Sequence record: DRR378314_1550 | DNA: 20,000 nucleotides | Strand: one strand, 5' to 3' | Shown here: positions 9,582 through 17,741 of the stretch, one piece after another | How positions within the stretch are numbered: position 1 is the stretch's first letter | How the letters are laid out: every line of letters starts with the position of its first letter | Program-made: the position numbers and the translations under genes | Notes under the pieces: generated by a model | The model's input: only the letters and a program-made list of their open reading frames with translations | Told to the model about the DNA's origin: nothing | The model's database searches: none

Positions 9582-10349
9582 GTGGATATAGCAACGCTCT
9601 TAGGAATTATAGGGGCCATCGGCTTTGTCGTCGTTGCTATGGTTCTGGGTGGGGACATAACCCTGTTTTTAGATACCCAATCGTTCTTTATCGTCTTCGG
9701 CGGTTCATTATTTATAACCTTAGCGAACTTTTCTCTGGGCCAGTTTCTGGGCACGGGAAAAGTGGTCGTTAAAGCGTTTTTCTTTAAAATTGAACATCCA
9801 CAAGAGCTTATCGATACTGCTGTTGAGATGGCCGACTCTGCGCGTAAAGGTGGTTTTCTGGCGCTTGAAGAAGCGGAAATTCCGAACAAATTCTTTCGTA
9901 AAGGCGTAGACATGCTGGTTGACGGTCACGATGCTGAAGTTGTCCGCCAAACCTTGTCGAAAGACATAAAAATGAGCTTTGCCCGCCATGAAGAGGGCGC
10001 CCGGGTATTCAAAATACTGAGCGATGTAGCACCGGCTATGGGTATGATTGGTACCCTGATTGGTCTGGTTGCTATGTTATCTAATATGGATGACCCCAAA
10101 GCTATAGGCCCTGCCATGGCCGTCGCTTTGTTAACAACCCTTTATGGTGCCTTTTTAGCCAACGTTATTGCCATTCCTATTGCTAATAAGTTAGTGCTAC
10201 GGGCCGAACAGGAAAAGCTGAACCGGCAATTGATACTGGACGCCATTTTAGGTATTCAGGACGGTCAGAACCCTCGTGTCATTGAAGGTATTTTACGTAA
10301 TTACTTAGCTGAATCTAAGCGTATTGGTAACGAGGATGAGGACGAGTAG
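9582..10349 (+). CDS. pomA: Flagellar stator protein PomA (Na+-driven MotA family)
   Basis: GTG start after GGAGG; 'MDIATLLG', 'ARKGGFLALEE', 'APAMGMIGTLIGLVAML', 'IGPAMAVALLTTLYG', 'GQNPRVIE'; 255 aa, Vibrio PomA-like. Confidence 0.93.
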   Translation: MDIATLLGIIGAIGFVVVAMVLGGDITLFLDTQSFFIVFGGSLFITLANFSLGQFLGTGKVVVKAFFFKIEHPQELIDTAVEMADSARKGGFLALEEAEIPNKFFRKGVDMLVDGHDAEVVRQTLSKDIKMSFARHEEGARVFKILSDVAPAMGMIGTLIGLVAMLSNMDDPKAIGPAMAVALLTTLYGAFLANVIAIPIANKLVLRAEQEKLNRQLILDAILGIQDGQNPRVIEGILRNYLAESKRIGNEDEDE

Positions 10350-10351
10350 TT

Positions 10352-11290
10352 ATGGCCTCAGAGAAAGTCAGAGACGAAGAAGAAGAGGACTGCAACTGTC
10401 CGCCAGCGGGATTGCCCATGTGGATGGCAACCTTTGCCGATCTCATGACCTTGCTCATGTGCTTCTTCGTGCTGTTGTTGGCTTTCTCCGAAATGGACGT
10501 GCTGAAGTTTAAGCAAATAGCCGGTTCAATGAAGTACGCTTTGGGCGTGCAGAATAAAATTGAAGTGAAAGACATTCCTAAGGGTACCAGTGTTATTGCC
10601 CAGGAATTCCGCCCCGGGCGGCCTGAACCAACGCCAATTGAAACTATTCAGCAGCAAACTGTCGAAATGACACAGCAGATGCTGGAGTTCCAGGAAGGTG
10701 AGTCCGATTTTGCCGGTGGCCAGCAAACCGAGCGTGGCGGTCAGGAATCTGACAGCGCAGAAGACGCAAAAGAGGCGAAGGCAGAAAATACGGAAGCTAT
10801 GACGCAAGTATCTAAGGAGCTTATGCGTCGTATCGAACAGCAGCTTGAGAATGAGATTAAAGCCGGTACGATTGAGCTTGAGCAACACGGCCAGCAAATT
10901 ATTATCCGCATACGTGAACAAGGTTCATTCCCAGAGGGGTCTGCATTTTTGCAGCCACAGTTCCGGCCTATTATTCAGCAAGTCGCCGGGGCGCTGAAAG
11001 ATATTCCGGGTGAGGTCACTATTTCTGGCCATAGTGATAATGAAAAGCTGGTATCGGAAATCTACTCATCAGACTGGGATCTCTCCAGTAAGCGTGCCGT
11101 TGCTGTTGCGGAAGAAATGCTGAAAGTGGATGGCTTTAGCGAAGATCGGCTGGTGGTGATGGGTTACTCCGACACTAAACCGTTGGTGCCGAATAACTCG
11201 GAAGAGAACCGTAAGCGAAACCGTCGTGTTGAAATATCGGTCATGCAGGGTAAAGCGGCAGAATCTGACCCGGTTGATGTAATAGACTGA
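10352..11290 (+). CDS. pomB: Flagellar stator protein PomB
   Basis: 'CNCPPAGLPMWMATFADLMTLLMCFFVLL' with the conserved ion-binding Asp, plug 'KFKQIAGSMKYALGVQ', OmpA-like C-terminus 'NRKRNRRVEI'. Confidence 0.93.
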   Translation: MASEKVRDEEEEDCNCPPAGLPMWMATFADLMTLLMCFFVLLLAFSEMDVLKFKQIAGSMKYALGVQNKIEVKDIPKGTSVIAQEFRPGRPEPTPIETIQQQTVEMTQQMLEFQEGESDFAGGQQTERGGQESDSAEDAKEAKAENTEAMTQVSKELMRRIEQQLENEIKAGTIELEQHGQQIIIRIREQGSFPEGSAFLQPQFRPIIQQVAGALKDIPGEVTISGHSDNEKLVSEIYSSDWDLSSKRAVAVAEEMLKVDGFSEDRLVVMGYSDTKPLVPNNSEENRKRNRRVEISVMQGKAAESDPVDVID

Positions 11291-11317
11291 GCGCTGGTTT
11301 CTGCCGGGCAGGACACG

Positions 11318-11323
11318 TATAAT
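11318..11323 (+). promoter_or_regulatory. Possible -10 box (TATAAT) for thiI
   Basis: Perfect TATAAT followed by TGCCCAC, 33 nt upstream of the thiI ATG; -35 not evident. Confidence 0.35.
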
Positions 11324-11356
11324 TGCCCACTTTCCTAAAGACTTGACGATTTAGCT

Positions 11357-12808
11357 ATGAAGTTTGTTGTTCGCCTGCACGCTGAAATTACCATTAAAAG
11401 CCGTTCTGTTCGTAAGCGTTACGGTAAAGTACTGACCAATAACCTGCGTAAAATTCTGGCTCCGGTCGATGACTCGATATACGTCAAATGGCTGTGGGAT
11501 CGTATCGAAGTTTCTGCTGATGGCGACGACTCTCAGGTGCGTAGTGAAATCAAAGAGATTCTGCAAAACACCCCCGGTATTTCCTGGTTTGCCGAAGTTA
11601 TAGAGCGGCCGCTAACCGATTTTGATGCTATTGCCGAGTTAGTTGGTGAGCACTGGTTAAAGCGTTTACCGGGAAAAAGTTTTGCTATGCGGGTTAAACG
11701 CAAAGGTAACCACGAGTTTAATTCACAGCAGTTAGAACGCTATGTTGGCGGTTATTTGCTGGAGCGTGTTCCGGATACTTCTGTAAACCTCTCTAATCCG
11801 GACCTGGATATTGCGCTGCAAATTACTAATCAGATTGTGCATTTGGTCGGGGAACGAATGAATGGCTTAGGTGGTTTCCCTATTCCTACTCAGGAAACCG
11901 TACTGTCATTGTTAAGTGGTGGCTTTGATTCCGGCGTTGCAACCTATGATTTTATCCGGCGCGGCGCGCGGACTCACTTTTGCTTTTTTAATTTAGGCGG
12001 CGACGCCCATGAAGTGGCTGTGCGTCAAATAGCCTATTACTTGTGGAAGCGATACAGCTCCTCGCACCCCATTAAGTTTATTAGTGTTGATTTTGCCCCT
12101 ATTGTTGATGACATTCTGACAAACGTCGATAACGGCCAGATGGGTGTTGTGCTAAAACGGCAAATGCTGCGGGCTGCGGATAAAGTCGCTCGTTATGTCA
12201 AAGCGCAGGCGCTGGTAACGGGTGAAGCTATGGGGCAGGTATCCAGTCAGACCCTGTCTAATCTGAGGGTGATCGATCAAGCTACATCGGCATTAGTTTT
12301 ACGCCCGCTAATAACCAAAGACAAACAGGAAATTGTGGACGAGGCAAAGCGCATTGGCACCGAACCATTGGCTAAATCCATTCCTGAATATTGTGGCGTT
12401 ATTTCTAATAAGCCCACGGTTAAAGCCATTCCGGCGGTTATCGAAGCCGAAGAAGCGAAGCTTAACAAAGATTTACTCGATCAGGTGGTACGGGCGTCAA
12501 ACGTACTGAGCATGCAGGATATAGCGACGCAAACAGACGCAGAACTGGCGCTGCCGGATACCACAACGGAACTCAGTACCGACACAACCATCATAGATAT
12601 TCGAAGCGATGAAGAAATTGAAGCAGCACCCTTGTCAGTAGAAGTTGAGGTTATTGAAATTCCATTTTTCAAGTTAGCCTCTCAGTTTGCTGAACTGGAT
12701 CAAAGCCGGGAATACTTGCTGTACTGTGATCAAGGAATTATGAGCCGGATGCAGGCTTTGTTATTGCACGAAAATGGTTATAACAACGTATCGGTTTATA
12801 AGCCCTAA
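11357..12808 (+). CDS. thiI: tRNA 4-thiouridine synthase ThiI (THUMP + PP-loop + rhodanese)
   Basis: 'EITIKSRSVR', PP-loop 'LLSGGFDSGV', 'TGEAMGQVSSQTLSNL', 'PEYCGVIS', C-terminal rhodanese 'LYCDQGIMSRMQA'. Confidence 0.97.
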   Translation: MKFVVRLHAEITIKSRSVRKRYGKVLTNNLRKILAPVDDSIYVKWLWDRIEVSADGDDSQVRSEIKEILQNTPGISWFAEVIERPLTDFDAIAELVGEHWLKRLPGKSFAMRVKRKGNHEFNSQQLERYVGGYLLERVPDTSVNLSNPDLDIALQITNQIVHLVGERMNGLGGFPIPTQETVLSLLSGGFDSGVATYDFIRRGARTHFCFFNLGGDAHEVAVRQIAYYLWKRYSSSHPIKFISVDFAPIVDDILTNVDNGQMGVVLKRQMLRAADKVARYVKAQALVTGEAMGQVSSQTLSNLRVIDQATSALVLRPLITKDKQEIVDEAKRIGTEPLAKSIPEYCGVISNKPTVKAIPAVIEAEEAKLNKDLLDQVVRASNVLSMQDIATQTDAELALPDTTTELSTDTTIIDIRSDEEIEAAPLSVEVEVIEIPFFKLASQFAELDQSREYLLYCDQGIMSRMQALLLHENGYNNVSVYKP

Positions 12809-12826
12809 TTTAGAGAGAAGTAAACT

Positions 12827-13159
12827 ATGCTGGCAAGAGCCCTATTTTTTGTTGTGTTATCGACAGCCACCTTTCTGTTTTTGTGGCAGTTTCCAAGTAC
12901 CGGAGCTCAGAGCATTCCGCATCTGGATAAGTTGGTTCACTTTGGAATCTTTTTTGTCTTAGCACTGACGTTTCACAGAGCTTTTGCGTTGTCGGCTAAA
13001 CTGTCGTTACTGATTTTAGTTTGCTACGGCTTTTTAATAGAAATAGCCCAGTCTTATGCGCCTGGCCGTAGTGCCGATGTTTACGATTGGTTAGCGGATG
13101 CCAGTGGCGTTGTAGCTTATTTTATTTTGCACCATTTACTAAGCAAGAAGTCGCGTTAA
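12827..13159 (+). CDS. VanZ-like small membrane protein
   Basis: 'DKLVHFGIFFVL', 'IEIAQSYAPGRSADVYDWLADASG', typical VanZ-family motifs. Confidence 0.85.
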   Translation: MLARALFFVVLSTATFLFLWQFPSTGAQSIPHLDKLVHFGIFFVLALTFHRAFALSAKLSLLILVCYGFLIEIAQSYAPGRSADVYDWLADASGVVAYFILHHLLSKKSR

Positions 13160-14385
13160 CGCGACTTCTTCTTTTTATCCGTTTTCTTCTTCACTTTTTT
13201 CTTCGAGCGGGACTTTTCTGTCGACGGAAACTTATATTGAGGTTTTAACCCTTCAATAGTTCGTCTGTCTAGTTTGGCGTCCAGGTAACGCTCGACACGC
13301 CCCAGTAATAAAGCATCATGTGCTTCTACCAGCGATACGGCCGTTCCTTTTTGTCCGCCGCGGGCTGTGCGCCCAATTCGGTGCAGATAAACATCAGCTT
13401 GCTTAGGAAGGTCATAATTAACCACCAAAGTGATGTCGTCTACATCCAGCCCTCGCGCTGCAATATCAGTAGCAACTAAGGTAATTTCCGTCGTTTGTTT
13501 AAGCTCGTTCATAATGCGCTGACGATCACTTTGCGGCATATCGCCCCGCAGTGTCACAATTTTACGGCCGGTACCAAACTGGCTGCGCAGAAAGTTTGCA
13601 ATAAGCTCTACGCGTTCACGTGTTCTGACAAAGACAAACTGCCGCCCGGGGTGCGCCTGAAGCACGCTCATTAACAGTTTACGCTTATGTTCGTCGGTAT
13701 CCGCTAAATGAACCCACTGAAGAATTTTACCGCGCTCACGTTTGGGAGGCTGCACATCAATGTACTCGGGTTCGGTTGATAACTCGCGGGAAAACTTAAT
13801 CACGCCGGAGCTATTCAGCGTTGCTGACAGTAGCAAGGACTGCTGACGATGACGTGCCTGCAGAGCCATTTCTTTTACCGTTGCGGCAAAACCCATATCC
13901 AGCATTCGGTCGGCTTCATCAATAATCAGCCACTCAATGCCTTCCAGGTTGTACTGTTCGGCTTCAAGTAAGTCCATTAGTCGACCCGGTGTGGCAACCA
14001 GTATGTCGTGTGTCTTCTCTAATACCGACAGCTGCGAACCATAGTTGATGCCTCCGGTGACAACCACAGAGGTTAACCCGGTTTTGGCCTCAAACTGTTT
14101 AGCCTGTTCATGGATTTGTTCAGCCAGTTCGCGGGTTGGAGCCAACACCAGTATACGAGCTGGTCCCGGTTGTTGACGCGGGAAATCCAGCAAATGTTGC
14201 AGTGCCGGCAGCAGGAAAGCTAAAGTTTTACCTGTTCCGGTCGGTGCACTAATAAGTAAGTCGCGACCATCCAGGGCGGCAGGAATACTCTGTTGTTGTA
14301 CTTTTGCTGGTTTGTTCAGTTCAGCATCGCGAAGAACCGCAATTAAGCGGTCATCGAGATCAAACTCTTCCCAGTCTGGCGTCAT
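13156..14385 (-). CDS. srmB: ATP-dependent DEAD-box RNA helicase, SrmB-like
   Basis: 'APTGTGKT', 'QHLLDFPRQQPGPARILVLAPTRELA', 'DEADRMLDMGF', 'SAT', 'HRIGRTAR', 'AVSLVEAHD', Lys-rich tail; AAGGA SD. Confidence 0.9.
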   Translation of the reverse strand: MTPDWEEFDLDDRLIAVLRDAELNKPAKVQQQSIPAALDGRDLLISAPTGTGKTLAFLLPALQHLLDFPRQQPGPARILVLAPTRELAEQIHEQAKQFEAKTGLTSVVVTGGINYGSQLSVLEKTHDILVATPGRLMDLLEAEQYNLEGIEWLIIDEADRMLDMGFAATVKEMALQARHRQQSLLLSATLNSSGVIKFSRELSTEPEYIDVQPPKRERGKILQWVHLADTDEHKRKLLMSVLQAHPGRQFVFVRTRERVELIANFLRSQFGTGRKIVTLRGDMPQSDRQRIMNELKQTTEITLVATDIAARGLDVDDITLVVNYDLPKQADVYLHRIGRTARGGQKGTAVSLVEAHDALLLGRVERYLDAKLDRRTIEGLKPQYKFPSTEKSRSKKKVKKKTDKKKKSR

Positions 14386-14419
14386 GTTATTTTCCTTGAA
14401 ATCGTCTTGTTTGCTGCAA

Positions 14420-15268
14420 TTAACGTAGCAGCAATAAAGCGGAGTTAGTTGTCTGTAGCAGGCTAGTTGTGGTGCTGCCTACTAAAAACTGACGAATACG
14501 CGAGTGACCATAAGCTCCCATCACCAGAAGGTCAATATTGTGCTCTTCCTGGTAGGCATGAAGTGCAGGCTCAACTTCGCCTGAGCGTATTTCAAATCGC
14601 GCATTATGTCCCAGCTCCCGCAAGTGGTTAGATGCTGCTTCGATGGACGCGCGACTGTCGTTGGTATCAGCTCCGACCATAACCAAATGTAACGGAAGGC
14701 CTCTGAAAATAGGGCTTTCCGCAAGCATGCGAATACCTTTACGGGAAGAATCACTGCCGTCGAATGCTAACATCACATTTTTAGGTTCTGTAAACTCTTC
14801 AGGCGCAATCAGAATAGGTCTGTGCATTGTTCTTACAACGGTTTCCAGTTGGCTGCCAACGCGGTTCGTACGGGTCGTATCTTCGCCATGGAGACCCATA
14901 ACAAGCAGTCTCATTGAATCCTCAATTTCTAATAAGGATTCTGCCAGGTCGCCGTGTCGTTGGCGTAAGTTGATATGTTCGACGCCACTTTGTGCCGCGC
15001 GTAATTTGGCACTTTCCAGCATGTGGTGGCCTTGCTCTAAGGCTAACTTGCTGCGCTGCTGATCAAGCTCGGCTAACTGCTCGAGCAGAGCCTCTCTGCT
15101 ACCTAAGCCGATGTTACCTGTCATATTAGTCTCGGTGGGGTAACGCGCTTCGTCCAGAACATGAAAAAGCGTTAATGGCGTTTGTAAGCGTAATGCTGCC
15201 CAACTGGCGTAATCACAGACAGATTGAGTTGACGCAGAACCATCAATACAAGCAACAACATGTTTCAT
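14420..15268 (-). CDS. Tandem-domain universal stress protein (SulP-associated type)
   Basis: 'VVACIDGS', 'LLVMGLHGE', 'VGSQLETVVR', 'MLAFDGS', 'LLVMGAYGHSRIRQFLVGSTT'. Start at 15268 has AAGGA 7 nt upstream; alternative ATG at 15286 overlaps the sulP stop (TAATG). Confidence 0.92.
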   Translation of the reverse strand: MKHVVACIDGSASTQSVCDYASWAALRLQTPLTLFHVLDEARYPTETNMTGNIGLGSREALLEQLAELDQQRSKLALEQGHHMLESAKLRAAQSGVEHINLRQRHGDLAESLLEIEDSMRLLVMGLHGEDTTRTNRVGSQLETVVRTMHRPILIAPEEFTEPKNVMLAFDGSDSSRKGIRMLAESPIFRGLPLHLVMVGADTNDSRASIEAASNHLRELGHNARFEIRSGEVEPALHAYQEEHNIDLLVMGAYGHSRIRQFLVGSTTTSLLQTTNSALLLLR

Positions 15269-15285
15269 TATTAAATCCTTTTCCA

Positions 15286-16776
15286 TTAGTGCCCGCCCAT
15301 CAGCTTATCGACAGCGTCGGGTTTGTCATGTACGCCAAAGCGATCAACGATGGTCGCGCTGGCTTCATTAAGCCCTATAACTTCCACTTCAGCACCTTCA
15401 CGGCGGAATTTTACTACAGCACGGTCAAGTGCATCGACGGCGGTGATATCCCAGAAATGGGCCTGACTGAGGTCGATGACAACCTGCTCAACCCCTTCTT
15501 TGAAATCAAATGCGCCAAGAAACTTTTCAGATGAGCTGAAAAATACCTGACCAATGACCCGATAAGTGCGTTTTATGCCGTCAGAGTCAATCTCTGACTT
15601 AATGTACAGGTAATGCCCAATTTTGTTCGCAAAGAACATAGCGGCCAACAGCACACCAACCAATACACCATAAGCCAGGTTATGTGTTGCGACAACGACC
15701 GCAACTGTTGCAACCATGACAATATTGGTGGACAGCGGATGTTTCTTTAAGTTCTTAATGGAACTCCAGCTGAAGGTACCTATAGAGACCATGATCATTA
15801 CGGCAACCAGTGCGGCCATAGGAATTTGCACCAGCAGTTTGTCCAGAACCAGAACCATAATCAGCAGGAAGATACCGGCAGTTAATGTAGACAACCGTGT
15901 ACGACCGCCCGATTTCACATTAATAATGGACTGACCAATCATGGCGCAACCAGCCATTCCGCCTAACAGACCTGCGCCGATATTCGCAACGCCCTGACCT
16001 TTACATTCGCGGTTTTTATCGCTGGGGGTATCGGTTAGGTCGTCGACAATAGTCGCTGTCATCATGGACTCAAGTAAGCCCACTACCGCAAGCGCTGCCG
16101 AGTAAGGGAAGATAATAGCTAAGGTTTCGAAGTTTAACGGAACGTCAGGCCATAAGAAAATAGGCAGGGTGTCCGGCAATTTACCCATATCACCAACGGT
16201 ACGAATATCCAAACCTAAGAATACGGCGACGATAGTTAGGGATACAATACAAATCAGCGGAGAGGGCAGTATTTTCCCAATGAAAGGTATGTAAGGGAAG
16301 CCGTAAATAATGGCTAGGCCAGCAGCTGTCATTGCGTATACATGCCAGGTTACGTCAGTTAGCTCCGGCAATTGCGCCATAAAAATCAGAATGGCCAGAG
16401 CATTTACGAAACCGGTGACCACCGAGCGCGAGACAAAGCGCATCAGCTCGTCCAGTTTAAGGTAGCCGGCAGCAATTTGCAGCAAGCCGGTCAGTAAGGT
16501 GGCCGCTAACAAGTACTCAAGCCCATGCTCTTTGACCAGCGACGCCATAAGCAAGGCCATGGCGGCGGTTGCGGCAGATATCATCCCCGGACGACCGCCG
16601 GTAAAAGCAATAACAACGGCAATACAGAAAGAGGCATACAGGCCCACTTTAGGGTCAACGCCGGCGATGATAGAGAATGCGATGGCTTCAGGAATAAGCG
16701 CTAAAGCGACCACAATACCTGACAACAAATCACCACGTATATTAGAAAACCAGTTCTGCTGGATAGACTTCAACAT
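15286..16776 (-). CDS. SulP/SLC26-family anion permease with C-terminal STAS domain
   Basis: '[19 protein letters not shown]', 'GLYASF', '[11 protein letters not shown]', '[11 protein letters not shown]', STAS 'GQVFFSS...[17 protein letters not shown]'. Confidence 0.95.
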   Translation of the reverse strand: MLKSIQQNWFSNIRGDLLSGIVVALALIPEAIAFSIIAGVDPKVGLYASFCIAVVIAFTGGRPGMISAATAAMALLMASLVKEHGLEYLLAATLLTGLLQIAAGYLKLDELMRFVSRSVVTGFVNALAILIFMAQLPELTDVTWHVYAMTAAGLAIIYGFPYIPFIGKILPSPLICIVSLTIVAVFLGLDIRTVGDMGKLPDTLPIFLWPDVPLNFETLAIIFPYSAALAVVGLLESMMTATIVDDLTDTPSDKNRECKGQGVANIGAGLLGGMAGCAMIGQSIINVKSGGRTRLSTLTAGIFLLIMVLVLDKLLVQIPMAALVAVMIMVSIGTFSWSSIKNLKKHPLSTNIVMVATVAVVVATHNLAYGVLVGVLLAAMFFANKIGHYLYIKSEIDSDGIKRTYRVIGQVFFSSSEKFLGAFDFKEGVEQVVIDLSQAHFWDITAVDALDRAVVKFRREGAEVEVIGLNEASATIVDRFGVHDKPDAVDKLMGGH

Positions 16777-16876
16777 AGATAGATAACACCAAATTTTAAT
16801 CGTAAATATAAAGCGGCCGGAATGGCCAGAAAAGCAGAGAACAGCCTACTGCGCACCTGTGACAGGAAAGTGACGG

Positions 16877-16903
16877 CTAGGGTGGCGTAATACGCGTCAG
16901 CAC
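16877..16903 (-). CDS. Putative leader peptide (uORF) MLTRITPP upstream of sulP
   Basis: Minus strand reads TAAGGAG-ccacctac-GTG CTG ACG CGT ATT ACG CCA CCC TAG; SD AAGGAG (16912-16917) 8 nt from GTG; in-frame TAA just upstream. Confidence 0.6.
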   Translation of the reverse strand: MLTRITPP

Positions 16904-16949
16904 GTAGGTGGCTCCTTATGGTTTGAGGCTGGTCAAAAAAAGAGCGCGA

Positions 16950-16977
16950 ATTTTAGCATAAAATGTGCCAACTACAA
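16950..16977 (-). promoter_or_regulatory. Candidate promoter of the leader-sulP-usp unit (sigma-70 extended -10, overlapping sigma-54-like site)
   Basis: TTGTAG-N16-TAAAAT with TG extension (TGcTAAAAT); the same DNA reads TTGGCAC-ATTTT-ATGCT (GG-N10-GC). Confidence 0.5.
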
Positions 16978-16986
16978 CCGAAAAAA

Positions 16987-17664
16987 TTATTTTCGGTTGC
17001 TGTCCGGGGCATTGCGTTGTGACGGGTCACTTTTAAAGTCGCTGACCAGCTTGCGCGGGTTCAGCGCTTCGCGTTGTTTTTGTGTGGCTTCGGCCCACCA
17101 GCATAGCTGATTCAGAGTGCGCCCGAAATATTGGATCCAGCGCTCAGTGTCCTCAACCTCCTGAGTGAATTTGCCGTTTTCCTCAAACACGGTTTGCGCT
17201 TTAGGCACGTGGATCATAGCGGATACTGGCAGACAGCCTAACTCTGACAGGAAAGTGCGCATGTTAACCGCAGCGCGAACGCCACCCCACTGACCAGCCG
17301 AATAAGTCACAATGGCACTGGGTTTATAGGAGTACAACGACGCACCGAAGTGGTTCAGTAAATTTGCTAAAGCCGGACTCATGGAGTGGTTGTACTCAGG
17401 GCTGACCATAACGTAAGCATCGGCGGCTTCAATCTTTTTAGCCAGAGCGTCTAACTGTTCGGGAACGTCTTTTTCATGGTATGAAAAATGTGGCTTAAAA
17501 ACATCCTCAAATGGATAATCTAAAGGGTCAATAAGTTCGACTTCTGCGTTATCGAAGCTTTGTTCCAGGTAATTAACGCAGGCCTTTGCCACACGTTCGC
17601 CCAATCTGGCTGGCTTGGGCGGCGTACTGTCACGTACCGTACCTAAAAACACTAAATATTTCAT
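16987..17664 (-). CDS. NAD(P)H-dependent FMN reductase / flavodoxin-like oxidoreductase
   Basis: FMN-binding 'FLGTVR', 'ADAYVMVSPEYNHSMSPALANLL', 'KPSAIVTYSAGQWGGVRA'; AAGGA SD. Confidence 0.88.
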   Translation of the reverse strand: MKYLVFLGTVRDSTPPKPARLGERVAKACVNYLEQSFDNAEVELIDPLDYPFEDVFKPHFSYHEKDVPEQLDALAKKIEAADAYVMVSPEYNHSMSPALANLLNHFGASLYSYKPSAIVTYSAGQWGGVRAAVNMRTFLSELGCLPVSAMIHVPKAQTVFEENGKFTQEVEDTERWIQYFGRTLNQLCWWAEATQKQREALNPRKLVSDFKSDPSQRNAPDSNRK

Positions 17665-17679
17665 TGTGGTTCCTTAATA

Positions 17680-17735
17680 GTAGCCTGACATTTACGTCAG
17701 GTCAGATATCGCACCTGACATAAATGTCAGGCTAC
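17680..17735. repeat. GTAG-family REP doublet (REPIN/BIME-like)
   Basis: GTAGCCTGACATTTACGTCAGG (17680-17701), 12-nt spacer, inverted copy CCTGACATAAATGTCAGGCTAC (17714-17735); each unit is GTAG plus an imperfect palindrome; the units differ at 1 of 22 nt. Confidence 0.88.
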
Positions 17736-17741
17736 GACATA

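Noticed and set aside
9380-11356. pomAB between xseB and thiI as a recent insertion
   Set aside because: This placement is the usual arrangement in Vibrio/Shewanella-like bacteria; no mobility signatures.
13156-13215. T/C-rich low-complexity stretch at the vanZ-like/srmB overlap as a terminator or repeat
   Set aside because: Explained by the Lys-rich C-terminal tail of SrmB; no GC-rich stem.
16987-17664. Calling the flavoprotein arsH
   Set aside because: Same broad fold and an ars context, but I cannot recognise ArsH-specific motifs; left as a generic FMN reductase.
17680-17735. Possible CRISPR repeat or transposon terminal inverted repeats
   Set aside because: Units are inverted with a 12-nt spacer, not a direct-repeat array; no cas or transposase gene and no target-site duplication seen; GTAG + palindrome fits REP elements.
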